Shown here: positions 34,885-49,000 of the stretch, one piece after another
Position numbering within the stretch: position 1 is the stretch's first letter
How the letters are laid out: every line of letters starts with the position of its first letter
Assembly: GCA_964188305.1 (NCBI GenBank)
Contig: OZ076896.1
Strand: one strand, 5' to 3'
Source of the DNA: Podarcis bocagei
Lineage: Eukaryota
DNA: 64,000 bases
Position numbers and translations under genes: made by a program
The notes under the pieces: model-generated
Seen by the model: only the letters and a program-made list of their open reading frames with translations
What the model was told of the DNA's origin: nothing
Database searches by the model: none

Positions 34885-35022
34885 TTATACCCTGCCCATC
34901 TGGCTGGGTTTATTTTGGGGCAAGCTGCCCAGAGTTGCTGGGACAACCAAGTCAGATGAGCGGGGTACACATAATAAAATTATTATTATTACTATTACTA
35001 CTACTACTACTACTACTACTCT
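34820..35022. repeat. (AAT)n and (TAC)n microsatellites plus two oppositely oriented L2 3' tails
   Basis: ttataccctgcccatctggctggg (- strand tail) and aagctgcccagag...gcggggtac (+ strand tail) with their microsatellites. Confidence 0.8.
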
Positions 35023-36166
35023 ACAAAGAGGCACATCCATAGCTCTGCCCACTTTTTCCCTGGCATCACTCACCACTGGCCTGTGGCTCCCATTAGGTTG
35101 CCTATTCATCACATCTAGAAGGACTCACTGAAACTAATTCGGGGGGGGGGGGACTTTGAATCTTGTCTGTATACACATTGGAGTCAAAGTGGCAGGCCTC
35201 TCCACCTTCTGCAATTCTAACTGAACCAAGCATAAATATTTGAGTCTTTGCCACCACACCTCAGTGATATCTAAGTTAAACGGCTAGGGGAAACTGACAA
35301 AAAAAATGGTTTCAAAATGAAAGATAATCTCATGTTTTTTTGAAAAGGATTCTACAAGGAGAGAATATAAATTTCAGGAAACATACAGTACATGAGAAAA
35401 ATTTTGCTTGTTCTTTGCTTCTGGATGACCTTTAGAAACAGTGTATACTTTGGAACATTAATAAAACAATTATTATAAAGAGTTTCAGAGTGTTGCAATA
35501 TGGTTCATATTTTACTGCATCAATTTTGTATGTTGCTTCCTGCTGCCCCTTGCTTTTGAAAAACATTGCTCTCTGCATAATTTCCCTGTTAACAACAAAT
35601 ACATTGATATTCTCTAATGTATGTCTCACATGATTTATTAGCCCATGGAAACAAAAGAAACATGAGTTCACCAGCCACTGTTTAGCCATTTGTAACCCAT
35701 CAACACATTTAAAAGGAAAGAGAGCTTCACAAAAGCTTCCTTACCAACTTGGTTGTCTAAAGGTAATACCTGCTTGTCGTAGGCAAGTGGCTATTTACAA
35801 GCCACTTCCCCCCTCAGTGTATTTCAAAGTCTTGTTTACATTGCAAACAGGGGTCTGGAGAGCCACACTAGGGTAAAATGCTTGGGTGTGTTGAAGTTTC
35901 AGAGAGAAAGCAATGATAGGGAAAGAATTAAGCCCTCCCTTCCCATTCCTTCTCTGATGCAAAGCACCTTCAGGGGCAATTAACATCCAACTGCAATTGT
36001 CATGTGTGGTTTTCACCAGGTCTATGTCCAAAGAACGTATTTGCTCACAGCAGCTACCATGCCTCACTGTCTCCTGTTCCCCTGTTTCCCAGCCCTACAT
36101 TCTCCTTATGCTGTATCCATCCTTTCCCTTGAGGTGTGGAGGCAGCTTGCCTAGTGGTGCGTGTAG

Positions 36167-36545
36167 GAAGAAGAAGAAGAAGAAGAAGAGGAGGAGGAGG
36201 AGTTTGGATTTGATATCCTGCTTTATCACTATCCGAAGGAGTCTCGATGCGGCTAACATTCTCCTTTCCCCTTCTCTCCCACAACAAACACTCTGTGTAT
36301 CTGAAGAAGTGTGCATGCACACGAAAGCTTATACCAAGAACTAACTTAGTTGGTCTTTAAGGTGCTACAGGAAGGAATTTTTTTATTTTAACAAACACTC
36401 TGTGAGGTGAGTGGGGCTGAGAGACTTCAGAGAAGTGTGATTAGCCCAAGGTCACCCAGCAGCTGCATGTGGAGGAGCGGAGACGCGAACCCGGTTCCCC
36501 AGATTACGAGACTACCACTCTTAACCACTACACCACACTGGCTCT
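36167..36545 (-). mobile_element. tRNA-derived SINE (Squam3-like), host of the PLE fragment
   Basis: Reverse complement of the 21449 copy with a (GAA)n tail, split by the insertion at 36298-36389. Confidence 0.85.
36298..36389 (+). mobile_element. Short PLE pLTR fragment carrying a hammerhead motif, inserted into a SINE
   Basis: Nearly identical to 4032-4121. Flanked by a 15-bp TSD AACAAACACTCTGTG (36283-36297 and 36390-36404). Hammerhead motif at 36297-36334 with U at the cleavage position. Confidence 0.92.
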
Positions 36546-39500
36546 CAGGCTGAAATTTCTCAGAAGATAATTTTCTCAGAATTGTCTCTTTTGGCCTCTT
36601 CCCAATGCTTGGAGAATTCTGCTTTCCCAGAGAATATTCAGTGAAGACCATCAGCATAATCACTATTTCGCCATCTGCAACTGAGATGGAGAATTTTTGG
36701 GGCCACTTTCACCCAGCCCTAACATACCGAAATACAGTAAAGCATTACATCTTACTGAAGAGAGATTGCTGGTCAGGCATGGTTTTCCACTGCCCTTTCC
36801 CCCTGGAATTGTACAGTTATTCAGATGGCGATGATGACGATGATTAGTCAGTCTTGAACAGGTGCTTCCCATCACCATGTTCCCTTATTTAGGCCATGTT
36901 CTTAGAAGGCCAGAAACTTACTATTTTATATCAAAGAGGTTCATTCCTGGAAGCCAGCCAAAATCTTAGAAGTATCAAGCATAACAAAGACAGGAAGCAG
37001 ACAGCTCAAGCGCCAAAAATTCCAAAGCTTGCCAAGATATGCATTTGAATGTGTGTGTTTCTTGGGGGTGGTGAGGAAGGAATGGAAGAAGAGAGTGCTA
37101 CAGACAGCAAGGTAAAATCAGCCTTAAGTATTGAGTACAGAAAGGTCATTCTCAAAAGATGTTTAAACTGCTTTTGAAAAGAAGAAGTGGTAAACGAAAG
37201 TTTATCCAGGTGTTCTGGGTTTTGCATTTCCAGATTGGGTTTGTATAATGAAATAGAAAAAGAATAGTGGCTGAATTATTTTAGTGTTTGTGACCGAGCT
37301 CGTATACTCAAGGTGGGCTATGTGTTTGCATTAGCTCTTAGCTCTTGCCTTGTTAACTTTGTTTATTGTACCTTTTGGACTTACACCAGAGAGATGTAGA
37401 TCATGGGTGTACCCAGTATTGTCTTTTGGGAAAGAAAACATGGAGGCTGCATTCTATCCATGCAAAACCCAGAGGTTTCTACATTCCTCACCCCACCCCA
37501 TTCTTTACCCAGGCAAGCTTGAAGCGCTATCACAGTTCAAAGACACATTTCAGCCAGTGCTCAGAGAGGGTGTGGAGCAGGGTGAAAGAGGGTATGTGTG
37601 GTCTGGAAGGAGTCTTGAGAGCTGGAGAAAGAAAGAGGCCTGCAGGTCTGCATTCAGCATGTGGGCTGGAGGTTCCCTATCCCTAGTTGCTGATTTACCT
37701 ACTGCTTTTGGAATTTTAACAAAAGAAAATGAAAAGCTAGCAGTTGCTCAGTTCTTTCTCCAGCACTGGGAGGAACACACAGGTCCTTTGTGAGGAGCTC
37801 AGCAGAGGCTAAATTGTTCATCTAGTGCTTGGAAGGCCTGCAGCTCAAAATCCTATAGGCACACAGGACTCTGCCCTATAATACTCCATCTAGTTCAGTA
37901 TTGTCTACGCTGACTGGGAGTGACTCTCCAGGATACTGAGGATATTGTGGTGGGATCTGCCTGGCCTGCCCTCACTATTAAACACTGTGTGTTCAGGTGA
38001 ATGTCTGAACACAGCTTGTGAAACCAGCTGATGAGTAAAAAGATTGGCAGTGAAAGTCCATGTCTTTAAGCTCTGTGAAGGGTTGGTCTGCTCTCTTTAA
38101 CTGATGCCATTTCCCCTTCTTGCCTTAGGACCATGTATGACCACAGCAGATCAAAAAAACAAATACCTTAGGCATCAGTTAAAGCTAGAATTACTTAAGT
38201 ATCTCCAGTTTTAACCAGATGCTGGAAGTTTACTAATGATGTAGCCATTGGCACCTCCAGCAGGAGAGTGCGCCAGGACACTACTACAAAGAAGGCCCTG
38301 TCTTATGTCTCCTCGTAATGTACCATATCCCCTGTCAATCTCAGAGCCTAGACTACTCTATATAGCAACAGGTGTTCTGGACAAGTACCTGGGTCATTCA
38401 AAACTTTGTAAGTCAGAACTATTGCATTGACTTGGGCCTGATGAGGTATAAGCAGCCGGGGACAATCCCACAGAATAGGTGTCACATTCTTTCATGCAGA
38501 AGTATCTGTCAGTACTCTGGTGATGGCATTCTGCCCTAGATGCAGTTTCTGGACCATCTTAAAGAGAAGCCCCATTTAGAGTCCACTACAGTAATCAAGA
38601 CATAAGTTGGAGTCCAACAACATCTGGAGGACATTGGCTTTAGAAGGCTGTTGGTCTTAGGGGGTGAGTTGAGGTACAACAGAATGCCTAACCTTCACAA
38701 CCTCATGATGTTTTTCTGAAGATAAATAACTCCCATGTAATGCTGCTTTGAACTTCTTGTAGGAAAGATGTAATAAACACAACCAAAAAATCTTATTCGT
38801 GATTATTTTTTTCAAGTGAGTTGGGTAACCCTTTCTCAAGACTTCATTTATTAAATTCTTTGAAAGTTCATAAAGGAGAATGAAGGGATTGTGAATTGCT
38901 TCCAGTTCCATAAATTTGGTTGTTGACAGAATGTAGAATATAGCAGGATTAAGAGTGTCACCTTTTGGAGAAAAGTACAGCTTAATATTATATAGGGTAG
39001 TGATTTAATTTATCTCACTGTCAGATTTCTTTTACAGTGAATGTGAGGTATGGGGATTTCAATAAAACCAGAAAGCACACAATATTTTATAGAAACCTGT
39101 TTCCTTGGCTGAGCCCACATCAGTGCAAACTCAGCATATGAAACGTATGTGTACACCAGACTTTCTTTTGAAAAAATATCCTGTGGGAGCCCACATCAGC
39201 AAATATTTGAAGGAGCTGATGCATTTGCCAAGATTTAATGACTCGCATGTGTGGCTAGTGGCATGTGTGTCTAATGTATCACTGCTGTTTATTGTATGGC
39301 TTTTGATATATATAATGTCAGAATAAGAACAGGAAGAGCTGGTGTGATGTTTATTTCAGTAACTGCTCAGTAACTAAAATGCAATCTCCCTTGAATGAAG
39401 GGCCCTTCTGAATAGGAACATCGGAAGCTGCCCTATACTGAATCCACTCAATATTGTCCACACTGAGTGGCTGTGGCTCTCCAGAGTTTCAGATGGAGGC

Positions 39501-39960
39501 CTCTTCCCGCCCTACCTGGACATTCCAGGAATTGAACCTCAGACCTCCTGCATGCAAACCAATTGCTAATACACTGAACTAACAGCACTTCTCCTCTGAA
39601 TACCCCGGAGGAACCCAGTTCCTCCAGAGAATGAGACCGAACTCTTATCAAGTGGGGATGCAGGGCTGCTGTATCCCAGAAACTCAACAACAGAGAACCC
39701 CTGTTACGGAGACCAGTGAGACAGTCTGATCTGTATGCTCCTATATGACGTCAGGGAGGTCACAAGACCCACTTTGGTCTATTGTGAAAAGGCTTCCTTG
39801 CAAATCTGGCTGCTTCTCTCCTTTGGCACACCTGACATTCCAGATTCAGGAACTACTGTCAGCTTGAGTACAAGGCACTTGTAAAAGGTCTTCAGTTGCA
39901 AATCTCTTAACAGAAATGTTTTCTGTTGAACATGTATTTTAATCTTCAAGGTTGCCAGTA

Positions 39961-40178
39961 TAGTGGTACCTTGGGTTAAGAACTTAATTTGTTCCAGAGG
40001 TCCGTTCTTAACTTGAAACTGTTCTTAACCTGAGGTACCACTTTAGCTAATGGAGCCTCTCGCTGCTGCCGCGGCGCAATTTCTGTTCTCATCCTGAAGC
40101 AAAGTTCTTAACCCGAGGTACTATTTCTGGGTTAGCGGAGTATGTAACCTGAAGCGTCTGTAACCCAAGGTACCACTG
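39961..40178. mobile_element. MITE family A
   Basis: TAGTGGTACCTTGGGTTA...TAACCCAAGGTACCACTG with TA TSD. Confidence 0.9.
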
Positions 40179-40837
40179 TATTAGGTTTGACTTACCAAAA
40201 TTGCCACCTCAGCCTCATAGGCAACTGTGACACACATTTTCTTATTTCCAGTCATTGATCTTCACAGCTTCCCAGAGGTAAAAAGTGGTTTCAAGAGAAG
40301 GCAGAACAGCTCAGAGCAGCCTATGAGCCAAGCCCAACTAACCAACATGATTTTATTAGCTCTGATCTTTAATTTGAACCTGCTTCAGTAGAAAGTAGTT
40401 CTCAACTGCTCTGGTAGAGGCACCCTGTGAAACAGAACCAGCATATTTATTGCTATTTTCTGTGGAGCTAAAACAGTTTACCAAAGCTTTTTAGAGGTAA
40501 ATTTAATAAATGCTTGAAAATAAAACAAAACAAAATATTCTGATGCATTTAGTACACCGAATTAGATATTGGGCATTTGGACAACAATGGATATTTGGGT
40601 GTGGGTTTCCACTTTAGTTATATTTTTGAACCAGAATTAAGCTGTAGAACTATAGCAGAGACCAGGAACCTGTAGTCCTCTAGATGTTACTGAAATACAA
40701 CTCCCACCAGCCCTAACCATTGGCTGTGCTGGCTGCAGCTGATGGAAGCTGGAGCCCAACATCTGGAGGACCACAAGATTCCCCACCCCCGAACTAAAGG
40801 AGAATACTTTCCATATTATGTCTCATATGGTATGCAA

Positions 40838-40877
<40 letters not shown>
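40838..40877. repeat. (AATC)n microsatellite
   Basis: Directly visible in the sequence. Confidence 0.95.
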
Positions 40878-42903
40878 CAGAAACATTCCAGAACTGTTGC
40901 TGATAAAATCCCAATATAAGTTGAAGAGCAAAGGCCATTTGAATATTCATTTCCAATATTATTGACTGAATTTCTGTCTGTCTCCCTCTTACTAGTCCCA
41001 GTATATAAACCCCGGCTAGAAAGATAATATACAGGTTGTCTTCATCAGAGCAATTTAGGTAACCTTACAGCATGACTCACCCCACAGGCTAGTCCTAATA
41101 GCTGCAGAGGAATTTGAATCCAAGATGTTTTATTCATTGCACCATGACTGCAAAGCAAACAGATTGGCTTATTTACAGGCAATCTTTGTGAGCATGAAGA
41201 GAAACTGAGGTGGCAATCCTATACATAGGGTGGGAGTTATTTCCGAGCCAACAGGCACAGGACTGTATGGTAATCAATTTATTATTTGAATATCAAAGTG
41301 TCACCAAGACAGTTTATAAGACACAAGCCAGGCTTAGCTTAGAAAATTTTACCTTACAAAACAATTAAAGGCTGTCCAAACCAGGCTGGAGGTGGTAAGG
41401 AGCATGAAAGCTATTCCTATGTCTAGCATGTCACTTTGATTCTGAGAAATCCAGTGATAACCGGGCTCCTGAATCTGGGGCGGATCTGTCTATTTTGGTT
41501 CTGTCCATATATCATTTTTCCAATCTTAACTTTTGTGTTGGATTGTGATTTTCTTCTATTGAAAAAAAGTTTGTCAGGATTTTAATATATGTTCCTTCTA
41601 ATCTGCACATTTTTGTATGAATTCTTGCCTAATATTTGTTGAATTCTATTTTCATTAATATATACATTTTATGTACTTTCCCCGCAATATACACATTTTT
41701 GCACACCTTATCCTCCTGAACAACTGCATCACAAAATTAAGAAATGTGCAAATTTCAAAGGACAGCTATGTTTCAGTTTGTATATTGTTACAGGAAGTGA
41801 ACGTTATTGAATTTCTCCCCCAACTTTATCCAGCCCCTCATGTAGCCCATCATCTAACTATTTGCATGCCTCTTTTGGTGTGACAAGAACAGTGCATTCC
41901 TCAGACCTTTGATTGTCTCAAAAACTATTGCTTCTTGACTATTATTATTATTATTAATAATAATAATTCAACTTATACACCACCCTATACCCAGAGGTCT
42001 CAGGGAGGTTCACAACAAGTCCAAAACATATAAAATCAAACCAAAAGCAGTAACCCAAAAACTCCCCCCTCAATGCTTCTGCTATGTGAGCATGGCCTTC
42101 TATAATTTACGGTGCAGAGAAAAGCTCCCTGACAACTGGTTTCAATCTTTTCCTCCTTTTGCCTTGCCATCTGCATCTAGTTGAAAGCCTTTCTGCAAGG
42201 TAACATTTATGTGTGCAGGCTGAGCTTGTCTTCTTAGCCCATAACTTTCGACCCACCACGATGGCATCTCACCATCTTTTCCCCCTGTGATAATGGAAAG
42301 TTCTTATCTATCTGTGTTTCATCCATGGATAACCAAAAACATGCCAATGGAGAGAGAGAGAAGGAGTAAGCCGAGCTACTTTGAAGCTATGTTATGTGGC
42401 TGGGATAGATTAGGGCTTTGCGGTATCTGGTCTTTGCATGACTACATGGTGGAAAAGACACAAACAGCAGGCAAAACCAGAAGAAGAAAGAAACTCTTCA
42501 ACTGCCCTTGAGATGCAAAGCATCCAAATGGTAGGAACAGGGATAGCTTGCTTATGTGGCAGACAGTATGGTAATAGTGCTCATCTGATCTCCCAGCAGT
42601 GGACTTACAGCTGTTTACCCTAGTAGTGGGTGGGGTGAAGCAGCAGGGAGGCCAATGCTATGTAAACACACCAGCAAGAGTGCTGTCATGGTTTTGCCAG
42701 TGTGTTTGCCAAACTCCCCATAGCCTCATTCCTCCGGCTCTCCTTTCTGGTAAGCATCATGACTCGACTGTCAGGAGGTCAATGGAGTGCTACCATCCCA
42801 CCATGCCATCTGCTATTGGCAGCAATACTGTGCAAACCTGGGAGCAAGCTCAATGGATCCTAACTTCTAAGTAAGCTTAGATAGGTGAGATGGTATATCA
42901 CAG

Positions 42904-42944
<41 letters not shown>

Positions 42945-42957
<13 letters not shown>

Positions 42958-43525
42958 GAATTTATTTATTTATTTGGTTTTTCAAATTAAAGTTTTACAA
43001 TCACATATCCAACATACAACACAGAAACAAGATTCCAAAGAATCTCCTGGACTTCCCTCCTCCCCTTTGTGGGTCCTATTGTGAATCATTTCCTCCTGCA
43101 TCTTTTATGATAATCCAAATCTTTTACATATCCATTATGCCCACAATTCACCATTAAACTACAAGTGTTATTCCAATCCTATAACAATTTTACCTGTTTA
43201 CAATGGTTTTTGAGATAAATTTCCCCCATTCCTTAAATTTTGGACTTCCTGATTTCTGATTCTTCTGGTCATTTTAGCCATTTTGGCATAATCCATCAAT
43301 TTAACCAGCCATTCCTCTCTGGTAGGGTCTTTATCTTCTTTCCATCTCTGGGCCAATAACATCCACGCAGCTGTGGTAACATACATAAATAGTCTTTTCT
43401 GCTCCCTTGGGATTTCGGCACCTAGAATTCCTAAAAGAAAGATTTCTGGTTTTTTAGAAAAAGTTACTTTCAACATTTTTTTCAACTCATGTATCATTTC
43501 CCAAAATTATTTTACTACCTTACAT
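42945..43525 (-). mobile_element. L1-clade LINE 3' end (ORF2 C-terminus plus A-rich tail next to a (CT)n tract)
   Basis: IHELKKMLKVTFSKKPEIFLLGI...LFMYVTTAAWMLLAQRWKEDKDPTREEWLVKL is typical of the L1 ORF2 region downstream of the Cys-rich domain. Confidence 0.8.
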
Positions 43526-44289
43526 TTCACGGATCTTGTTTCTACTTTAGCTCAAGCCAAGGAGACATGCAAACTGTTCTAGAATGATGGAACAGAAGAC
43601 AGGAGTGTAGAGCAAAGTTTATCTGACACTGTGTAATTCTGACTGCAACCAATCTCAACATGGCTGCTGTTCAAGGTCTCTCATTTCTGGTGGTGTTTTC
43701 TAAAACTGCTCCCCCTGCCCCACTGCATTCACTCATGGAACACTTGGTTCCCACTTGCCATTACATTTTGGCATCTAAAGAAAATATTTCTCTTCAGAAT
43801 CAAGAAAGTCTCTTCCAGCTTTGTGGTCAAGGTCTTTTTGGAAACACATGGAGACAGTTTTGGTTTTCTCCTCTGTTTGTTTAAAAGCTTTTATGTAAGT
43901 GAGCCAGGTCTTTAATTTGAGGCCACACAGCTTCTATAACATTGCTCTATTCACATGTAACTCTGGGGCTGGAGTTCAGTAGAGGAGGTTTTGCTTTAGG
44001 CGGCAGATTCTGGAGGCAGCAGAGAGCTGTAGCAACAAGAAGTTGGAAGGAGAGAGCTGTGTAGGTCATATGTCCTGCCCCCCTATGCTAGCTTGCTGTC
44101 CTCAGGTGCAGAGGAAGACACTATTCTATGCCCAGTGTTAGAGTAAGATTCAACTGCCAGTCTAGTCAGTTTTTGTACATGGTTGGAGGGAGGCGCCATC
44201 TTTCACTTGCCCTCTGGAAGCAAAATGCTTTGAGTGATTCTCTAGCAACTCTCAAGTATGAAGATCAGCATTTGCTATTGTTGTGCATT

Positions 44290-44380
44290 TTTTTTACCTC
44301 AGAAAGTGAATAATGTGCTTCAGGGCTGCAGCAGTTTTTTACCTCAGAAAGAGTGAACAGTGTGCTACAGAGCTGCAGCA
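44290..44380. repeat. ~45-bp local tandem duplication
   Basis: ttttttacctcagaaag(a)gtgaa.a.tgtgct.cag.gctgcagca occurs twice. Confidence 0.85.
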
Positions 44381-45607
44381 TAATTGTTTCCTAGAATGCT
44401 GTTTGAGAGGGAAGAGGTTTGGTAGCTGACATCACTTTTCTGGGGAGTGAGGGTTAATAAAAAATACCTGCCTCTGCCATAGCAAATGTCTGTTTTCTCT
44501 GAACCATCATAAAAAGTTTTTTTTGGGGGGAGGGTGACAGCTCTTCAGAAATTGTGCCCCCTGTTTCTCAGTGGACTGAAACAACCTGCTCCAAATTCAG
44601 TCCAAATATTTGTTTCAGTCACATTCAAGACAATGCTATGCAGTTAGTGTATTAAAATCTGCTACCTGGAACAGCCGAGAGTGCCAGTTTGTAAATTCAC
44701 CATTTTGTGATTATTATTGAGAAGAAGCCCATGCCACTCACCTGCCAGAACTGTAAAGTTCAGTGTGCCAATGAAGAAACCATGCGGGTTTGCATCTGTT
44801 TCTGCCCAGTGTAAACATCCCTTTGCATTGAGACTTTATCTCCCTCTTATATTACACATTTTAACATAATGACTAAATTTGCCACTTTTTTGACATTCTT
44901 TCACATTTGCAGCAGGACAGGCATTTATGGTTTTGGCTGATGCCAGTTTTATAGGAGGCATGGAAACCTTTTTATGCCCGTACTTTTTGACAGTGCTAAA
45001 TCTAAGGCTGACAATCTTTTAGCTGTTATAAAATGCATTTTCATTGTAGGGAATTCATTTGCTTCTCTACTGCTGCCAGACTTTCTCAGTTGCTTTGTAA
45101 CCACATCCTCCCCCTGCATATATATTCTGTGTGCACTTCAGAGTGAAATCTGCCTCCCTCAGTAATCTGGCTCTGAGTCTGCTTGACTTGATGCCACACA
45201 TTATGCCAGAGTAGTCAATATGGTGCTGCCCAGTTGTTGTTGAACTACGACGACCATCATTTAAAAGATTATTGAGTTCATTATCTGAGGCCCTTCTTCA
45301 TGTGCCTCCTCCCCATGAGGTCCAGGGTGGGTGGGGGCACTCGACGACACAAGAACGGGCCTTTTCTTAAGTGGCTCCCATTTATGGAATGCTCTCCCCA
45401 TGAAGGTTCACTTGGCTCCTTCATTGTATATTTTTAGGCGTCTGGCAAAAATGTTCCTCTTCAGCCAGGCCTTTGGTTGATTAATATTCCACAGCTTTTT
45501 AAATGTGTCTGTGGGAAGAAGGGGGGTATTGCTTTGCTGTTTTTGCTTTAATTATTTACTTGTGTTTTTATCTTGTATTTTATTCTGTGAACTGCCCTGA
45601 TATATTG

Positions 45608-46075
45608 TGTTCAGGTAATTGCCTGGGTGAGGGGCCATTGGGAGAGAACAAAGGAAGGCTGATGGGCTACTAAGAAAACAAAGGAAAGGGGGCTCTGTGC
45701 TGGATAACAAATGGGTGGGGCTCCTTTTCCAGCTCTTAGATAGAGGTAGAAGGGCAAAGCTGGAGGTGCGGGCAGAGATTGCTGTGATGTGACCTGGAGG
45801 AAAAAAGCTGGAGGTTGGGAAGGCAGAGAGAGTGAGCGAGAGGCTAATTTCTGCTTGAATCCAAGGCTGTGGCTATGGGAGAAGCAGGACCTTCTTGGGG
45901 TGTTAATGCTGTGAAGCCCTCCATCACAGGCTCAGGTTGTATATACGTGTAAATAAACCATAAAGACACCATAGTCTCCACTGTGCTTCATTTTCAAAAG
46001 GAAACACTAGCCCTAGGTAAGTGCCTCATACCCCTGGAATCTTGCACTGCTCAGAGATTGCAGTGGCATGGAACA
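45608..46075 (+). mobile_element. Probable older solo LTR
   Basis: TGTTC...GAACA termini, purine-rich body and AATAAA at ~45952. No convincing TSD. Confidence 0.5.
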
Positions 46076-49000
46076 GTACGTTGAATCGTGTAAATGGGGA
46101 GATGGGTGTTGCATTATTTTTGTAGATGGTATAGCAGTGTGGTACAGTGTGCAACTTCCGTTTTAATTCAACTTCCATTTCCACCTCCTTGTGGAAGAGT
46201 AATGTTCCATTCGTGCTAGTCGTGATGGCTATATATTATCATCTCCAGTATCAGAAATTTTATGCTTCTGACTATCAATTGATGCAAAACTAGAATTGGA
46301 CAGTACTTTTGCTTGTGGATCTCCTCTAAGCATCTGGTTGGCCTCTGTGGGAACATAATGTGGGACTAGATGGGCCTTTGATCTGATACAGCAGGACTCT
46401 TTTATGTTCTTTCACTTAACTTTTGTGATCAAAAGGGTGCTAGCACGGAAAGAACTCCAAAAAACGGTGAATGAATTGCTCAGCTCATATATCTTTGATG
46501 CATGTGAAAATAAAACACCAACTTATTCTATTATCTATTTTGTCAAAGGGTGAGATCACAAAAGGAGCTTGCATTTCACTAACCTGCCAGTGTTGGGAAA
46601 TACGATGTAAAATAGATAGGCAAAGTGTGTCATTAATAATGCTGTATTATCATGCCCATCTGTCTTTAGTTTTGGAACCAAAGTGCTGTGTTACAGCAGC
46701 TGCTTCCCATTTTTCTCTAATAATTACTGTGATTAGATGATTTAATGTGGTACTGCATTTAACATTCCTGGTAGTAACACTGACTCTGATATCTGCTTAT
46801 AAATATAGAATACTGAAGAGCAGAATAAGAAAGCATAGAACAAAGGATCTATAAACTCACATTAATGTAAGTCTGGTTATGATAAAGAGGTGCACTTTTC
46901 CTGAATGTGTATCTCCTCCCAATATGTAGTTTATCTTCAACTAAGATACTGGGCAGTCTTTATTGCAGAAAGCTGTAAAGCTTTCAAATTGCAGGCTGGT
47001 GTGGTTCCAGATGGGCATTTGTTGTGGGATTGGTGCTGTTCATCAAAATGCCAGCCCAGGGAAAAACGGATAAGTTAAAAAAACAAACAAAAGCAAAGCC
47101 TGTTGCTAGTGAACCGTTTGTAATATCTCAAGTCAACAACATGTTTACAATATTATGCTCTTGTCTAGAAGCACCCCGTGTTGGCAAAAGCATCAAACTT
47201 AAGACAATTGTTTAATTAAGACAGTTGCTAAGGCTGGAGCACATGTCATGTTAATTCTTAATGACTGCAATAAGTCCATAAGTCAATTCAAGCAACATTT
47301 CCAAATGGCTCTGAGTTGAAAGGCAGGACTATAGAGAAGGATCAACGTAGATAATACTGAGCCAATGATTTGACACTGAACACAACCAATTAACCACGTC
47401 TTCTGTTCCATTCTAGGCCAAGTATCAGTCAGGTTCCATTGTGCGAAATTTTCTTTTGGAGTACACTGGAAATTGCTGCTACTTCCAATTCAGAAAACAG
47501 CTGTTACATATGACAAATGTAACGTTCTGAACTTTTGATTTGAAAAATAAAGTTGCAGGATATGGTGCAGGCAGGACAACCATCCAGCCTGTTTTACCCA
47601 GATCTGGCCAGAATAGCAAGAGTTGATTTCGCATGCCTTTGGAATGCTGCCAGACTGTTCAATGATATTCATGAATCATCTGTCTCACTAGCTGTCTGTT
47701 TCACTGTGCATAGCTGAAATTAATTAGATAAAAGATGAATGTTTTAAAAGAAATTAACTGATTGTATCACACCCTTGATATATCTAATCACTTCATTTCA
47801 AATATATTTTTATAATATTTTCATACCACTCTTCTTGGAAAACTACTGGGGCCGCAGTGCCTTTATGCCATTTAGTGCTTAACAGCTCTAGGGTTCAGCT
47901 GGATCAGACACACACACCATTCTCTGTCTTCTATCCAGGCAACCAATAAGTATTATCAGAGTTCAAGCCAGGGCCAGCCCAATACATTTTGGCACCTTAG
48001 GCAAACCACAAAATGGCACCTCCCTCCCTGCTAGGGAAGAAGGGGTGAGTGTAGATAATCAGAAACATCAGGAACAAATGGGGAATAAAAATCTACATTG
48101 GGTCTGCCACCCCTGTGGATCCTGCTGCCTGAGGCTGTCACCTCACCTTGCCTCTTGGGGGGGCTGGCCCCAAGTAAAGGACACATTCTAGCTACGCAAA
48201 CAGACTCATGGAGGTTATAAAGTAAGGCTATTGGGGGTGACCTGGGGAGAGTCCCAAGGGACCACACTTAACCCCTGGGCCCGAGGTCTCGCAATCCTGG
48301 GGGAAGTTTGCCCATAGCTACTCTGTTAAGAGCCTCACTCTCTCTCCCATGTTCATATCTTTATCTGTAAAATAGCAATAAAATTCACTTACCTTGCAGG
48401 GCAGGTGCGGAATGATAGAGATAAGATCATAAGGCATTTCACACTATAAAGAAATATATATAATGAAGTGCCACTGGGGATGGACAACAACCAGGGGAGG
48501 AAATTACAGCCCCAGTGAAAAGTTTATTTACATTTTTTTCTGTTTAATCAAGTACAGATCTCATATTATGCATGCTCAGGACTCCTTTGGGAGCAGTTCC
48601 AGCTAAGGTTCATTGGAAAAGGGGGGGGGGGTGTATTGTAGCAAAAGATAATATAATCAGGCTTAGACTCACTGAAGGAGAACTGTAAAAGTTTGGAGAA
48701 ATGGCAAGCCGTAAGTCAGGGCAGCTGGCTTCATAAAAAGCAGCAGCTATTCATCCACCCTTGCCCTAAGAAGCAACTGAGTTATTTCAGTATGACTCGT
48801 AAAATAAATACAAATGTACCAGACACACAGTATTATTCCTAATTTAAAAATGGCACAATGCATAAATAAAAAGTAGCTATTTCAGACTGGGCTTTCTCCT
48901 ACCCCCACTTTCCTTCCTTTAAAAAAAAGTAAATCTCTTGTTGGTTTAACCATACGCTAGAATTATTGGACAGGAGAAATTGGAAAGAATGTTCTGGATC

